The position numbers and the translations under genes are program-made. Shown in pieces: positions 41,774 to 52,187 of a stretch of 64,000 bases of DNA. The first letter of the stretch is position 1, and every line of letters begins with the position of its first letter. The notes under the pieces are model-generated. The model was given only the letters and a program-made list of their open reading frames with translations, did not search any database and had not been told where the DNA came from. Source of the stretch: Acidobacteriaceae bacterium (GTDB lineage Bacteria > Acidobacteriota > Terriglobia > Bryobacterales > Bryobacteraceae); assembly GCA_019240475.1 (NCBI GenBank), contig JAFAYI010000008.1:12980-76979 (forward strand), read 5' to 3'.

Positions 41774-42201
41774 TGTCGGGCAGCATCATCTCATGCGAGA
41801 GCCCTCGAGAACGACTGCAAGTTTCGCCCGCCGTCATCACGAAACTGATCGGACGCGATCTCGTGCTTCTCGACCTTCAGTCCGGTCGGTATTATATGCT
41901 CGCTCCCACCGCCAGAGTGTTTTGGACCGAGATTCTTCGGGAGGATTCTCGATCGCCGATTCTCGATCGATTATCGGCCTTGTTCCGTGCAGGTCCCGGG
42001 CAACTCGAAGCCGATCTGGGTGAGTTCTCGGCGGCCATTCGGGCGGCCGGCCTGATCACGCACGGGCTAGATCGCGAATGTCGTTCCGGGATTCCCGCGG
42101 ATCTCTCGGTATCCGATCTGCCGCCATACTCCAAGCCGGAGTTGTTTCTGGCTGGCCATGTACGTGATTTCACCTCTGAGCCACTACGAAAAGACGAATG
42201 A
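41773..42201 (+). CDS. PqqD-family protein (RiPP recognition element candidate)
   Basis: The ATG overlaps the upstream stop (TGATG). LIGRDLVLLDLQSGRYYMLAPTARVFWTEIL..LDRLSALF..QLEADLGEFSAAIRAAGLI matches the PqqD/RRE pattern. Confidence 0.7.
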   Translation: MSGSIISCESPRERLQVSPAVITKLIGRDLVLLDLQSGRYYMLAPTARVFWTEILREDSRSPILDRLSALFRAGPGQLEADLGEFSAAIRAAGLITHGLDRECRSGIPADLSVSDLPPYSKPELFLAGHVRDFTSEPLRKDE

Positions 42202-42706
42202 GGCAGAATGTTTTCTCTTATGTGTGAAAATTCGGGAGTTGGCATGCACGTCTTTCCTGCCGAGTTGCAAGAACCCTGCCAGAGACGGCTGGGTCTTCTT
42301 GATTTTGCCGGAATCCACTGAATTCTTCCATACCCGCGGGTAGGTGAGGTCCAGCGAGAGATGGACGGACATGCTTTCGAAGGTCATCATGGTACTCGGC
42401 AACGCCGCTCATGAGTTGCCCGTGAAAGAAGAAGTGAGACGTGCGACGACGTAGAGGTCGTCTTGAAAAAACAGCCGACCCCTTCTCAACGTAACGAAAC
42501 CTCAGCACAGTCGCTAACCTGATCGGAAATCACGCAGCAGTAGAGTCTTGTGGCGTAGCGACGATAAATCCAGAGTCATTTGGATAGGGAGACTAGAAGG
42601 AGCCGCGGGTGACGGCGGCGCGCTGAAGGAGAAAGAACCTCGGCAGCAAGCTCGAACTAAGCGCTCCGCGAAGGCCGTCTTGATTTATTGGCGTTCAGCA
42701 GATGAG

Positions 42707-42952
42707 TCAGCTAGCAGTGTGATCGGCAAGGGTGAGGAGATGCTGATAAGGGAATCGGTCGCGGATGTTGCTGGAGAAGTATTGGCCCTTGGAGTCGGCG
42801 GCCAGAAAGTCGTGATACTGTTGCGGCGGAAAATCGAAATAGCAGTACAGTTCACCGCTTCGAAAACGCAGATAGAGCGTGCGCTGGCCGGCGAGGTATG
42901 CGGCTGAAGTGAAGACGCTGGAGTCTAAAGGCAACCAGTCCACGACGTACAC
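42707..42952 (-). CDS. KTSC-domain protein
   Basis: 81 aa. SSVFTSAAYLAGQRTLYLRFRSGELYCYFDFPPQQYHDFLAADSKGQYF is the KTSC domain pattern. Confidence 0.7.
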   Translation of the reverse strand: MYVVDWLPLDSSVFTSAAYLAGQRTLYLRFRSGELYCYFDFPPQQYHDFLAADSKGQYFSSNIRDRFPYQHLLTLADHTAS

Positions 42953-43306
42953 CTATTCCTATTTTCGACGACGCGCAAAGCGGCGAGCGCGACCACGCCA
43001 CTTCATCCCAGACTCGAACACGCGAATCCGATGAAGCGGCAGCCGAGAGCTATCCAGGGCGGGTATCGATATGATCTCAGCAACTATTTTCTCGAGCACC
43101 ACTTTGGGATTTCTTCTTGACAGACTTCAATCGATCCATTAACGTTCAACTAAAGGTTAGCGAAATTCGCATAAGCGCGACAATGCGAGCAATCCTGCAG
43201 TTCGTCCCTTGCCATTCGCGCGAATTGCTACGACTCGTGATTTTGACGTTTTCTCAACGTGACTGTCAGAGTTCCAGGCCTTGCTCTGAACCTTCAAGGA
43301 GATTGT

Positions 43307-46300
43307 ATGACCATAATTGGGTCCACCCGCGGATGTGAATCACGGCTGCTGATCCGACATTCACTGTTGCTAGCCGTTTTTTTTGCGATCTCAGCAGTGC
43401 TTTGCGCACAAGGTTACTTCGGAACGGTGAGCGGCACAATCACGGACTCGAGCCAAGCCGTCGTGCCGGGCGCAGGAGTCACACTTACAGATCAGCAGAA
43501 GGGCTATCAGTACAGAGCTTCCACCGACGGCAGCGGACGGTATGTTTTCACGTCGATTCCGCCGGGGACCTATTCGGTTACGGCCGAGGTGCAAGGCTTC
43601 GACAAGGCAGTTCTCACCAATGTCACGGTCAACGTCAGCGAGAACGCGAGCGCGAACCTGACGTTGAGAGTCGCTACTACGCGCCAGTCGGTGGACGTGC
43701 AGTCGCAATCGCAAACCCTATCGACCGAAGATGCCGTTACGGGGCAGGTGATCAATCGGCGATTCATCAACGACCTGCCTCTCGTCGACCGCTATGTACT
43801 GGATTTTGTCGAACTCGGGCCGGGTATCAACAATATGAGCGATCAAAACTCGGTGGGCGACACCGGAACCAATTTCGTTTCGAATGGCAGTCGAGGCGCA
43901 AGCGCCGACGTGCTCATGGACGGCGCTTCCATCACCAACTTTGAGCCCAACGGCGGAATCACTCAGGTGACGTATACGCCCTCGGCCGAAGCTGTCGAAG
44001 AATTCAAAGTGCAACAGACGAACTTTAGCGCGGAATACGGCTTCTCAGGTGCGTCCGTTGTGAACATGATCACACGCTCTGGAACGAATGCCTTTCACGG
44101 CAGCGCCTACGACTTTCTTCGCAACCAGATCACGGACGCGAACAACTGGTTCAACAACGAGTACGGCGTTCCGATTCCTCCCGTCCACCGGAATAACTAC
44201 GGCGGAACAATCGGTGGACCGATCATCAAGAATAAAACCTTCTTCTTCTTCGACTACGACGGCACACGCGCTTCCAGCATGGCGACGTATCAAGCCGGCG
44301 TCCCGAGCGCGGCGGAACGGAACGGCGACTTTGGTGAACTGTGCGCAGCCAACGGCGGAACGTTCAATTCGGCCGGCGTCTGCAGCGTAATTGCGGGCCA
44401 GCTCTATGATCCCTATTCCGGCACCTTTCAGACACCCGATAACCAAGCAGCCGGTGCATACCGCAGCGCGTACATTCCCTTTAACAATCTGACGGCCTAC
44501 ACGAGTCCGGGGAATCCGAACCTGAACGGAACGCCTTACCAGCTTGCTCAGGTCCCCGGCAATCTGATTGACCCCGTGGCCCAGAAGATGATGAGCTTGT
44601 TTCCCCTGCCGAACATCGCAGGTGGCAACATCTATGACAACTGGATTGGATCAGGGGCAACTCCGAGCGCGGATGATAAGTTTGACATCCGAATCGATCA
44701 CCGGTTTAGCGAGAAGAACCAGATCACATTCAAGTATTCTCAGGACCTGAACAGCACAAGCCCGTACAACTGTTTCAAGAACTTCACGGACCCTTGCGGC
44801 AGCGGCGCAAACAGCGGATCGTCGCATCTGTTTGCAATCAACGATACGCACACCTTTAGCCCGACGCTTCTGCTGACCAGCACGTTCGGCTACACCCGCG
44901 GATCGACACTGATAGACGCTTATAACTCTAGCCAGAATAAGGATCCACTTGGCACGTTGGGTTTTCCGTCTTATCTGCAATCAAATGGGTTTTCGGGAGT
45001 CCCCGCTATATTCATCGAGAGCGGGTATTACTCAGCGGGGTTCACTAGTATTGGGCAAGATCCTTACGGCAACTACCGGCAAGGCCAAGATACCGGCCAG
45101 CTTACAGAACTGCTGACGAAGATCAAGGGGAATCACGAATTGAAATTCGGCTTCGAGGGACGCCTGCATCAACAAAACTATATTCAGACCAACGCTCCGC
45201 TCGGATACTTCCAATTCAATAGTACGGGTAGCTCTCAATGTCCAGTTTCGGACGTGACGCAGTGCGGCGGAGATGCGATGGCCAGCTTCATGATGGGCCA
45301 GATGGCTGGCGGAGGTCAGACCTTTTACGAGCTGCAGTTTGAGCCGGCAACGGAGAATTATCAATATGCCGGATATGTTCAGGATAACTGGAAAGTCATC
45401 CCCAAGCTGACACTGAATATCGGCCTTCGCTACGACGTATCCCTTCCCAGAACGGAACGCCACAATCGCATGGACTGGTTCGATCCGAATGTTGTGAATC
45501 CGCTGAACGGTGGAAGCATCTCCTACGCGGATCCGATTTCGGGACAAAACGTTACCCGCACATTGATAGGCGGCGAAATGTTCACGAACGCCAATATACG
45601 CAATAACTGGCTGACGGATTGGAAGGATTTTCAGCCCCGCTTTGGATTCTCTTACCTTCTTGACAAGAAGACCGTAGTTCGTGGCGGCTATGGGATTTAC
45701 TATGACCAATCGCGTTCGGGGGCAAACGGGCTATTGAGCTACGGATCACAAGGCTTTAATCAATACACCAACGTCATTACAACTTATCAGAACGATGGTG
45801 CTACTCCGTATCTCCATTTGAATAACCCGTTTCCAAACGGCCTGACGGAACCGCCGGGAAGGTCGCTCGGGTTACTCAACGACGTTGGTTATGGCGCGAT
45901 TGGCCCCCTTCGTACTGCCGCCGCTGCTCAAACACCTTACGAGCAAAGCTGGAGCTTCGGGATCCAGCGTGACCTCGGAGGAAATACGATGCTGGATGTT
46001 GAGTACGTTGGGAAAAAGGGCACACATCTGTATTTTGCTGGCGATAACAATTACGATGTGCTGGGACCGCAGATTGAGAGCCTCACGCCGACCCAGATTG
46101 GTAATCTAGGTAATTACGTCGCCAATCCATTTGCGTCGCTCCTGAATGGTTCTTATTACACGAACAGCGTACTGACGAGCCCCACGGTCCAGGCTTATCA
46201 ACTCCTGTTACCGTATCCTCAGTACACCGGCGTAACGACAGATGAGCCGCCCAGTGCTACTTCGATTTACAATGCTCTGCAACTCACGGTCGAAAAGCGC

Positions 46301-47041
46301 TATTCAAACGGGCTGCAATTTATGGCCAATTACACTTGGTCGAAATCCATTGACGATTCTTCCATGTACGACACGAACGTCGCGTGGATCGGAAACTACG
46401 GTCCTAATTCAGGTTGGGCGCTGCAGGACCCGAATCGGGCTTATTTAGAGCGCAGCCTTTCGACTTTCGATGTTCCGTCTCAATTCAAACTAAATTACGT
46501 TTACGATTTGCCCATCGGCCGAGGCCGAAGCTTCTTCAGCACGATGCCTAGAGCATTGGATTTAATCATTGGTGGGTGGAAAACGGCAGGCGTGTGGACG
46601 GTCCAGGAAGGATTCCCCCTGCAATTCACCGTAGAGAACGGCGGAACGCCTATTTTTACTTATGGACCACAGCGGCCAAACCTGCTTGGGCCACCGGAAA
46701 AGAGCGGCGGGCCGGAGACCAATTGGATCAACAATTACTTCGAGAATCCGGATGTTTTCCAGATCCCGCAGCCCTATACGCTAGGGAATGCGCCGCGAGC
46801 GGTTGGAACTGTTCGCAGCCCGTTCTTCTTTACAACCAATCTGTCGCTCATGAAAGACTTCGGGCTCTCTTCTCGGCATGAAGACCTCAAGCTGGAGCTG
46901 CGCCTGGAAGCGCAGAACGCATTTAATCATCCGGTATTCGGCACGCCTGACACGATTGTCGGCGACCCCAACTTCGGCGTTATCAACTATACGTCTGTTG
47001 GGCCGAGGCAGTGCCAGTTGTCTTTGAAACTATACTTCTAA
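43307..47041 (+). CDS. TonB-dependent outer-membrane receptor with N-terminal carboxypeptidase-regulatory-like domain
   Basis: ATG 43307 follows a GGAG. It has a signal peptide, a CarboxypepD_reg domain (GTVSGTITD..GAGVTLTD..DGSGRYVFTSIPPGTYSV), and a plug region (GQVINRRFINDLPLVDR). The protein ends in an aromatic residue (..LSLKLYF), typical of beta-barrel OMPs. Confidence 0.85.
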   Translation: MTIIGSTRGCESRLLIRHSLLLAVFFAISAVLCAQGYFGTVSGTITDSSQAVVPGAGVTLTDQQKGYQYRASTDGSGRYVFTSIPPGTYSVTAEVQGFDKAVLTNVTVNVSENASANLTLRVATTRQSVDVQSQSQTLSTEDAVTGQVINRRFINDLPLVDRYVLDFVELGPGINNMSDQNSVGDTGTNFVSNGSRGASADVLMDGASITNFEPNGGITQVTYTPSAEAVEEFKVQQTNFSAEYGFSGASVVNMITRSGTNAFHGSAYDFLRNQITDANNWFNNEYGVPIPPVHRNNYGGTIGGPIIKNKTFFFFDYDGTRASSMATYQAGVPSAAERNGDFGELCAANGGTFNSAGVCSVIAGQLYDPYSGTFQTPDNQAAGAYRSAYIPFNNLTAYTSPGNPNLNGTPYQLAQVPGNLIDPVAQKMMSLFPLPNIAGGNIYDNWIGSGATPSADDKFDIRIDHRFSEKNQITFKYSQDLNSTSPYNCFKNFTDPCGSGANSGSSHLFAINDTHTFSPTLLLTSTFGYTRGSTLIDAYNSSQNKDPLGTLGFPSYLQSNGFSGVPAIFIESGYYSAGFTSIGQDPYGNYRQGQDTGQLTELLTKIKGNHELKFGFEGRLHQQNYIQTNAPLGYFQFNSTGSSQCPVSDVTQCGGDAMASFMMGQMAGGGQTFYELQFEPATENYQYAGYVQDNWKVIPKLTLNIGLRYDVSLPRTERHNRMDWFDPNVVNPLNGGSISYADPISGQNVTRTLIGGEMFTNANIRNNWLTDWKDFQPRFGFSYLLDKKTVVRGGYGIYYDQSRSGANGLLSYGSQGFNQYTNVITTYQNDGATPYLHLNNPFPNGLTEPPGRSLGLLNDVGYGAIGPLRTAAAAQTPYEQSWSFGIQRDLGGNTMLDVEYVGKKGTHLYFAGDNNYDVLGPQIESLTPTQIGNLGNYVANPFASLLNGSYYTNSVLTSPTVQAYQLLLPYPQYTGVTTDEPPSATSIYNALQLTVEKRYSNGLQFMANYTWSKSIDDSSMYDTNVAWIGNYGPNSGWALQDPNRAYLERSLSTFDVPSQFKLNYVYDLPIGRGRSFFSTMPRALDLIIGGWKTAGVWTVQEGFPLQFTVENGGTPIFTYGPQRPNLLGPPEKSGGPETNWINNYFENPDVFQIPQPYTLGNAPRAVGTVRSPFFFTTNLSLMKDFGLSSRHEDLKLELRLEAQNAFNHPVFGTPDTIVGDPNFGVINYTSVGPRQCQLSLKLYF

Positions 47042-47043
47042 CT

Positions 47044-49248
47044 GTGTCTGTTCTATCGGGTGAACTAAAACGAGGGTTGGTCGTTCTGCTTCTGGTTGGC
47101 AGCTTGGGCGCGCAGAACGTTGTCGTAGACGCCACGCCAGGCCACGCCGTAAATTCTTTCAGTCCAGCCACATCTCTCGGCGGCGCGATCGACCGCCTGC
47201 GAGGCGGACCGACCAAAGAAGACAACGAAAGGAATACGGAACGGCTGCTCACCAGTCCGGTACTGAAAGAGATGCTCGGCGCAGGGTGGCAAACTGTCAC
47301 GTACCGGCAGAATACCGAGCTGATGATAGAGGCTTGGCATTGGAACGCACGCGGAACGTGGAGCAATCCGGCGAAACAGGAAGGTTATTTCGTGGGCAGC
47401 CCGGATCCCACCAGCGGGAAGATTATGCACTCCTGGGCCTATCCTTTGCCGCATCGCGGAGCCACAATGGGCGATGGAGACGGATGGTCCCGTCTGACCG
47501 ACGGCGATCCGCGCTCTTATTGGAAGAGTAATCCATATCTGGCCGAGCCATTTACGGGTGAGAACGATTCCAAACACCCACAGTGGGTGATGATCGATCT
47601 GGGCTCCAAAGTCAATGTGAATGCGATTCGGGTTGCATGGGCGAATCCTTATGCAACGCGCTACATCGTGCAGTTCTGGACGGGAGAACTAGAGCCGTTT
47701 TACGATGGCATCAATAAGGGAAGCTGGCAGGCATTCCCAAAGGGGGCGATCCATGACGGAGCGGGCGGAACGGCCACGTTGAAGCTCATGAACTGGCAGA
47801 TTCCGGTCCGATACTTGCGGATCTGGATGACGCAATCGTCTAATACATGCGATACGCACGGCGCGGAAGATAAACGGAACTGTCTGGGATACGCAATCGA
47901 CGAACTGTACGTGGGAACTATCGCGCCTGACGGGCAGTTCACCGATGTGGTCAAACATGTGCCCAGTCGGCAGCAAACTGTGACGTGGCCCTCTTCAGTG
48001 GATCCCTGGCATTCGGCGGCCGACCTGGATTACGGCAGAGGCGACCAGATTGGATTAGATTTCTTTTTCACTTGTGGAGTGACTCGCGGACTTCCCGCAA
48101 TGATTCCCATTGCAATCCTGTATAACAATCCCGAGGATGCCGCGAACGAAATTGCCTATCTATATAAACGGAAGTATCCGCTGTTGGGGATCGAGATGGG
48201 AGAGGAGGCGGACGGCCAGCGCGTGCTTCCTGAAGATTACGCCAGCCTGTATCTCCAGTTTGCAAAGGCGATCCATAAGCTGGTTCCGCAGGCGCGCCTT
48301 GGCGGCCCATCCTTCGAGGGAACCGAAGGAGATGTCGATTCGTGGGCGGATGCGAATGGAAGGGTTTCTTTTCTGGGCCGTTTTGTAGATTACTTGAGAG
48401 CGCACGATGCTCTGAAAGAATTCGCTTTCTTTTCTTTCGAACACTATCCTTGCGGCGCTGGAGGCGGAGAAGGAAAGATCTGCAAAGACTGGAGTTCTCT
48501 CTATTGGGAGCCGACTTATGTAAATCATTTAATCCAGGCTTGGAAAGATAACGGTCTTCCCCCAAACGTACCTTTCTACATGACAGAAGGAAACGATCTC
48601 GAGGACGGAGGCCCGGAAACCGTAAAGCGGGGCCTCTGGCTTGCGGACTACGTGGGATCCATGATGACGGCGGGCGCGAGCGGCACTTACTATTTCCATT
48701 ACATCGCTACGCCGCACGATGGCTTTTTAACTATAGATAAAGATAATCGTGTCGTGACTTACCCGCCGCAGTATCTGGCAGCCGAGGTAATTTCGAAGGA
48801 ATGGGTACAGCCGGTCGACGCGATTCATAAACTTTTCAAGACGGCGAGCGACGTAAAGGACGCGGAAGGAAATACTCTGGTCACTGCGTATACCGTGAAG
48901 CGTCCGGACGGCAAGTGGTCTGTGATGTTAGTCAATAAAGACCGCGATCATGATCATGCTGTCGCAGTCGTGTTCGCCGATACGACGAAGAAGCAGAATC
49001 GGTATTTTGTCGGCCGAGTGAATCGCGTGGTATTCGGTCCGGAAGAATATCAGTGGCATTCGGAGTCTGGATCAGGAGCCGCGATTCTAAGTGAGGATGA
49101 TCGTCCACGCAGGATAACCGGCCACGCGGATCCGGACGGTCCGCCATCAAAATCGATTGTTCACTCTCATGGCGCTGATACTCTGTACAGTTTGCCGAAG
49201 GCGTCGATCACTGTGCTGCGAGGCCATATCGGACCTCCGCAAGGGTAA
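47044..49248 (+). CDS. secreted discoidin (F5/8 type C) domain protein with probable glycoside-hydrolase-like C-terminal region
   Basis: GTG 47044 lies 2 nt after the receptor stop and gives the signal peptide ..LKRGLVVLLLVGSLGAQN. SYWKSNP..PQWVMIDLGSKVNVNAIRVAWANPYATRYIVQFW is discoidin-like. The hydrolase assignment is tentative. Confidence 0.6.
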   Translation: MSVLSGELKRGLVVLLLVGSLGAQNVVVDATPGHAVNSFSPATSLGGAIDRLRGGPTKEDNERNTERLLTSPVLKEMLGAGWQTVTYRQNTELMIEAWHWNARGTWSNPAKQEGYFVGSPDPTSGKIMHSWAYPLPHRGATMGDGDGWSRLTDGDPRSYWKSNPYLAEPFTGENDSKHPQWVMIDLGSKVNVNAIRVAWANPYATRYIVQFWTGELEPFYDGINKGSWQAFPKGAIHDGAGGTATLKLMNWQIPVRYLRIWMTQSSNTCDTHGAEDKRNCLGYAIDELYVGTIAPDGQFTDVVKHVPSRQQTVTWPSSVDPWHSAADLDYGRGDQIGLDFFFTCGVTRGLPAMIPIAILYNNPEDAANEIAYLYKRKYPLLGIEMGEEADGQRVLPEDYASLYLQFAKAIHKLVPQARLGGPSFEGTEGDVDSWADANGRVSFLGRFVDYLRAHDALKEFAFFSFEHYPCGAGGGEGKICKDWSSLYWEPTYVNHLIQAWKDNGLPPNVPFYMTEGNDLEDGGPETVKRGLWLADYVGSMMTAGASGTYYFHYIATPHDGFLTIDKDNRVVTYPPQYLAAEVISKEWVQPVDAIHKLFKTASDVKDAEGNTLVTAYTVKRPDGKWSVMLVNKDRDHDHAVAVVFADTTKKQNRYFVGRVNRVVFGPEEYQWHSESGSGAAILSEDDRPRRITGHADPDGPPSKSIVHSHGADTLYSLPKASITVLRGHIGPPQG

Positions 49249-49390
49249 GCTGCAATCGCGCTGTTACTCAGTCGAGTGGGCAGCCGCTCTCGGGCTCGAC
49301 GCCGCTCTTGCCCTACCGATTCAGCGGCGTCCTCATCGAGCACTTAACCAAGTTCCCGACAGAAATGGCCTTCCGTAGCGGCAGTCGACC

Positions 49391-49869
49391 TTGTCGCGTA
49401 ATGACGAGCACAGTGCTGCTTTGGCTCAGTTTCAGAGCAAACCGGTGTTCCGAGCACTCAGGCGTTTAAGTCTGAAATTGCAAGACGTTTGCCAAAGTGT
49501 TCTCTTGCATCGGGTCATGTCGCATCTTGCGGAGCTTTTCTTCACACCTATGCGGTTTTCTACAAAGCCGGCCATCGTGCGCTGATCTGCAGCGGTCTTG
49601 ACGTCTGGCTCGTTGAACATGGTGTTCGACGCCTGATCATTTCCGGTATTCGTTCGGAACAATGCTGCGAAAGAACGGGGCAGCATGCTTCGGACTCCGG
49701 TTATGAAGTGGACTATGTCATTGACGCGGCGCTCACTTTCACGATGATTGATCGGCATGGAAAGCAGTGAAGCGCGGCGGAGATCAAACCGCGAAGCGAG
49801 CTGGTGCTCGAAGACCGTCTTGCTCGCATCATTGGTTTCGACGAAGCTCTCGCCGGTACCGTCGCGTAG
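49391..49869 (+). pseudogene. decayed isochorismatase/cysteine-hydrolase family gene (frameshift plus in-frame TGA)
   Basis: LDVWLVEHGVRRLIISGIRSEQCCERTGQHASDSGYEVDYVIDAALTF is the family core. Upstream homology (..VLLHRVMSH..) is in another frame. TGA at 49768-49770 interrupts ..DRHGKQ*SAAEIKP..RIIGFDEALAG, which continues in frame to TAG 49869. Confidence 0.5.
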
Positions 49870-49922
49870 ATCATTGGGTAGCCACAAACAGCCCGCGCAC
49901 GAGGTCCAAAAGAGAGACCCCA

Positions 49923-50420
49923 ATGTCAAGCGAACGTGAAACAACTCATGGCGTGATGGAAGACAGCGGCTCTTACAATCTGCATGCCCGAATTCCGACA
50001 GGAGGTGCAGCGTTGCGTTGCCCTCACTGGAACAGGCCGCCATCGAGGTGCTGCGCACACGTGTGGTCCCCGATCGGCCCATCAGTGTGTTGCAAATCGA
50101 CCAAGCAGAAAACGATGTCAACAAGCTATTCGGCTTGCTTCACGGCGATCCGGAGCGCTATTCGTAAGACGATCCAATGTATTCCCGTCCGCTATCGGAA
50201 GATCGTTCTGCCAAACTGCACTTCCGAGGGAAAACGTTCATCTCGCATGGTCGTCCTGTGCGGCGGTTGAGCCGTATTCCGACGCCTATCGGTGGCGGCC
50301 TCCGATGATTGGAAGCGGTATCTATCGCTGCGAGGCGAGTTGCCAACGAGTTGGTTTCGACTCTTCGGGCCACCTACGGCGTGCCTGGAACGATATATGC
50401 AACACCGCCTCGACAGGTCC
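49923..50420 (+). pseudogene. decayed SAM-dependent (Methyltransf_7/SABATH-like) methyltransferase remnant; boundaries approximate
   Basis: Family-like segments are spread over three frames. They are VMEDSGSYNLHARIPTGGAAL, then ALPSLEQAAIEV..ISVLQID, then NVFPSAIGRSF..LPRENVHLAWSS, then ASDDWKRYLSLRGEL. The region is too short for a full-length gene before the next gene. Confidence 0.4.
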
Positions 50421-50549
50421 GAAAGCCGACCCTCACTCCGTGTCGGGTGGGAACCGGAGCATCAAACAAGCTACAGTGGCGATGCCCTGAAGCGCGCTAG
50501 GGCTCTCGCTTCCTCGACTGTATCGTTTCGGCGGGCAATCACAAACACT

Positions 50550-52130
50550 TCACCAAGTGAGTTCGAGCAAGGAAACGGACTCCAGCGGAAGATCGAACGT
50601 CAGTATCCGGCGCGTGTCAATCCATTCGGGCGACTGGAGCAGCGCAAGTTGTCCGGCCCGCTCCAATTCGCCATACTGCTCGGGGGTCGGCGTTTGCGGC
50701 GACCCCAGTTGCTTCCAGATTGTGTAGCTGTTGCTATTCGCCGAATCGATGCGGTAATGACGAACCAGGACTCGCTTGGGCAGCCCGCTCACGTTGACCC
50801 CGACAGGCGTCGTTTGACCAGAACTGTCGTCGTCCCGGTAATTCCAGACCAGTATCGCAAGACGGCGATCACCTCGTCCCGCCATAACATCGATCGAAGG
50901 AGCCGAAGAACTGAAAGCCTCAACCCGTGGGTCCCCTACCATCCCGGCCATGCGGAAGAGATTGAGCACCGGCTTGTCTATGCCATTTGTGGCGAGATCT
51001 CGGAAGCCATCGAAGTACGGCTGCCCTTCGAACTCGAACGCCCACGTCGTGACCGCTTCCAGATGAATCTGTTTGGCTGCTGCCAGGTCCACCAGCCGCT
51101 TATAAGCGGCCGCTTCATAAGCGGGATAGAGCTGCCCGTTGCGATACGCGTTTTGCGGATACACCCGGGCCGAGCAAGCGGCGCATCCTTCCGGATCGGC
51201 CTCGGTCAGTAGCACCGGCAATTTCTGGAACTGTGGATAAGACGCTACTATGTCGAACCCTGCTTCCGCATCGCTCAATTCCTTATCGATGTCCATGCGA
51301 ACGTGATCGCCTGCAGCGACCGGGCGGCCTTTGGCGTGAAAGGAAATAAAATCGAGCGGGACATTAGTGTCGGAGCAGTGTTGAAGAAATTGGCGCAAGA
51401 ACTCGGCAGCTTTAGGCGAGGCCGGCCCCGTGGACGCCGGGCCGCCGACACGGGCGTTCGGAACCGCGCGCCGGACCGCGGCGGCTGCGTAGTCGTACAG
51501 CTTGTCATACTCCATAGGCGTGCCGTGCCAATACGCGATGTCGGGCTCATTCCAGACCTCCCAATCCCATTGCTGCACCTGGGCTCGGCCAAATCTTTCG
51601 ACACAATGGGACACCCATGCGAATACCAGTTGTCCCCATTTGTCGTAGTCCTTGGGCGGATACGTCCAGCCGATGAAATAGTCCTCGTTCTTTGTCTTGC
51701 CGGGTTGCCAGTTCGGTTGATAGGGATCGGGATGCGTCGAAAGGGCACGTGGCATGAACCCGATCTCGACCAATGGAATCACGCCGGAATCGACAAGAGT
51801 GGAAAGGATTTTGTCGGAGATCGCCCAATCGTATATGGGTTTACCGCTCGCATCTTCCGTGTAAGCGTTCGTCGAACCCCACTTCAGCCCCGACTCTCCG
51901 TTCCCCGTCGCGAGCAGGAAGTGCGTCCGAATATGGATCGGCGATTCGCTCGTCGCCGCGAGCTCATGGATCAGTCTGCGGCCGTTTGGCGCGGTTGTGT
52001 AGTTCGGTTCGTCGTAGCCGAAGTACGCCCAGGAGTGCGGGAATCGGCCGATCTGTTTGCTCGCGTCCACTGCGATTGTGACTTGCGCGGCCGCAAGCAC
52101 CGGAACAAGGGCGAAATAGAGGAGGCGCAT
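50550..52130 (-). CDS. glycoside hydrolase family 39-like (beta-xylosidase-type), secreted
   Basis: ATG 52130 gives the signal peptide MRLLYFALVPVLAAAQV. QQWDWEVWNEPDIAYW is the GH39 acid/base region, and VLLTEADPEG is a plausible nucleophile region. Confidence 0.75.
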   Translation of the reverse strand: MRLLYFALVPVLAAAQVTIAVDASKQIGRFPHSWAYFGYDEPNYTTAPNGRRLIHELAATSESPIHIRTHFLLATGNGESGLKWGSTNAYTEDASGKPIYDWAISDKILSTLVDSGVIPLVEIGFMPRALSTHPDPYQPNWQPGKTKNEDYFIGWTYPPKDYDKWGQLVFAWVSHCVERFGRAQVQQWDWEVWNEPDIAYWHGTPMEYDKLYDYAAAAVRRAVPNARVGGPASTGPASPKAAEFLRQFLQHCSDTNVPLDFISFHAKGRPVAAGDHVRMDIDKELSDAEAGFDIVASYPQFQKLPVLLTEADPEGCAACSARVYPQNAYRNGQLYPAYEAAAYKRLVDLAAAKQIHLEAVTTWAFEFEGQPYFDGFRDLATNGIDKPVLNLFRMAGMVGDPRVEAFSSSAPSIDVMAGRGDRRLAILVWNYRDDDSSGQTTPVGVNVSGLPKRVLVRHYRIDSANSNSYTIWKQLGSPQTPTPEQYGELERAGQLALLQSPEWIDTRRILTFDLPLESVSLLELTW

Positions 52131-52187
52131 TCCTCTTGTGATGGTAATCCGCCGATTGCATCGCGATAAACTTTGAACCACGAGAAG

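Noticed and set aside
42184-42508. Two overlapping minus-strand ORFs (72 and 96 aa) between the PqqD and KTSC genes
   Set aside because: There is no RBS or recognisable family. They may be remnants of a frameshifted gene, but I cannot support a call.
50292-52169. Plus-strand ORFs 50292-51212 (306 aa) and 51303-52169 (288 aa)
   Set aside because: Most of both lies antisense to the GH39-like gene, which has clear family motifs and a signal peptide. The products are Arg-rich shadow ORFs. Only the first ~100 nt of 50292 carries methyltransferase-remnant homology.
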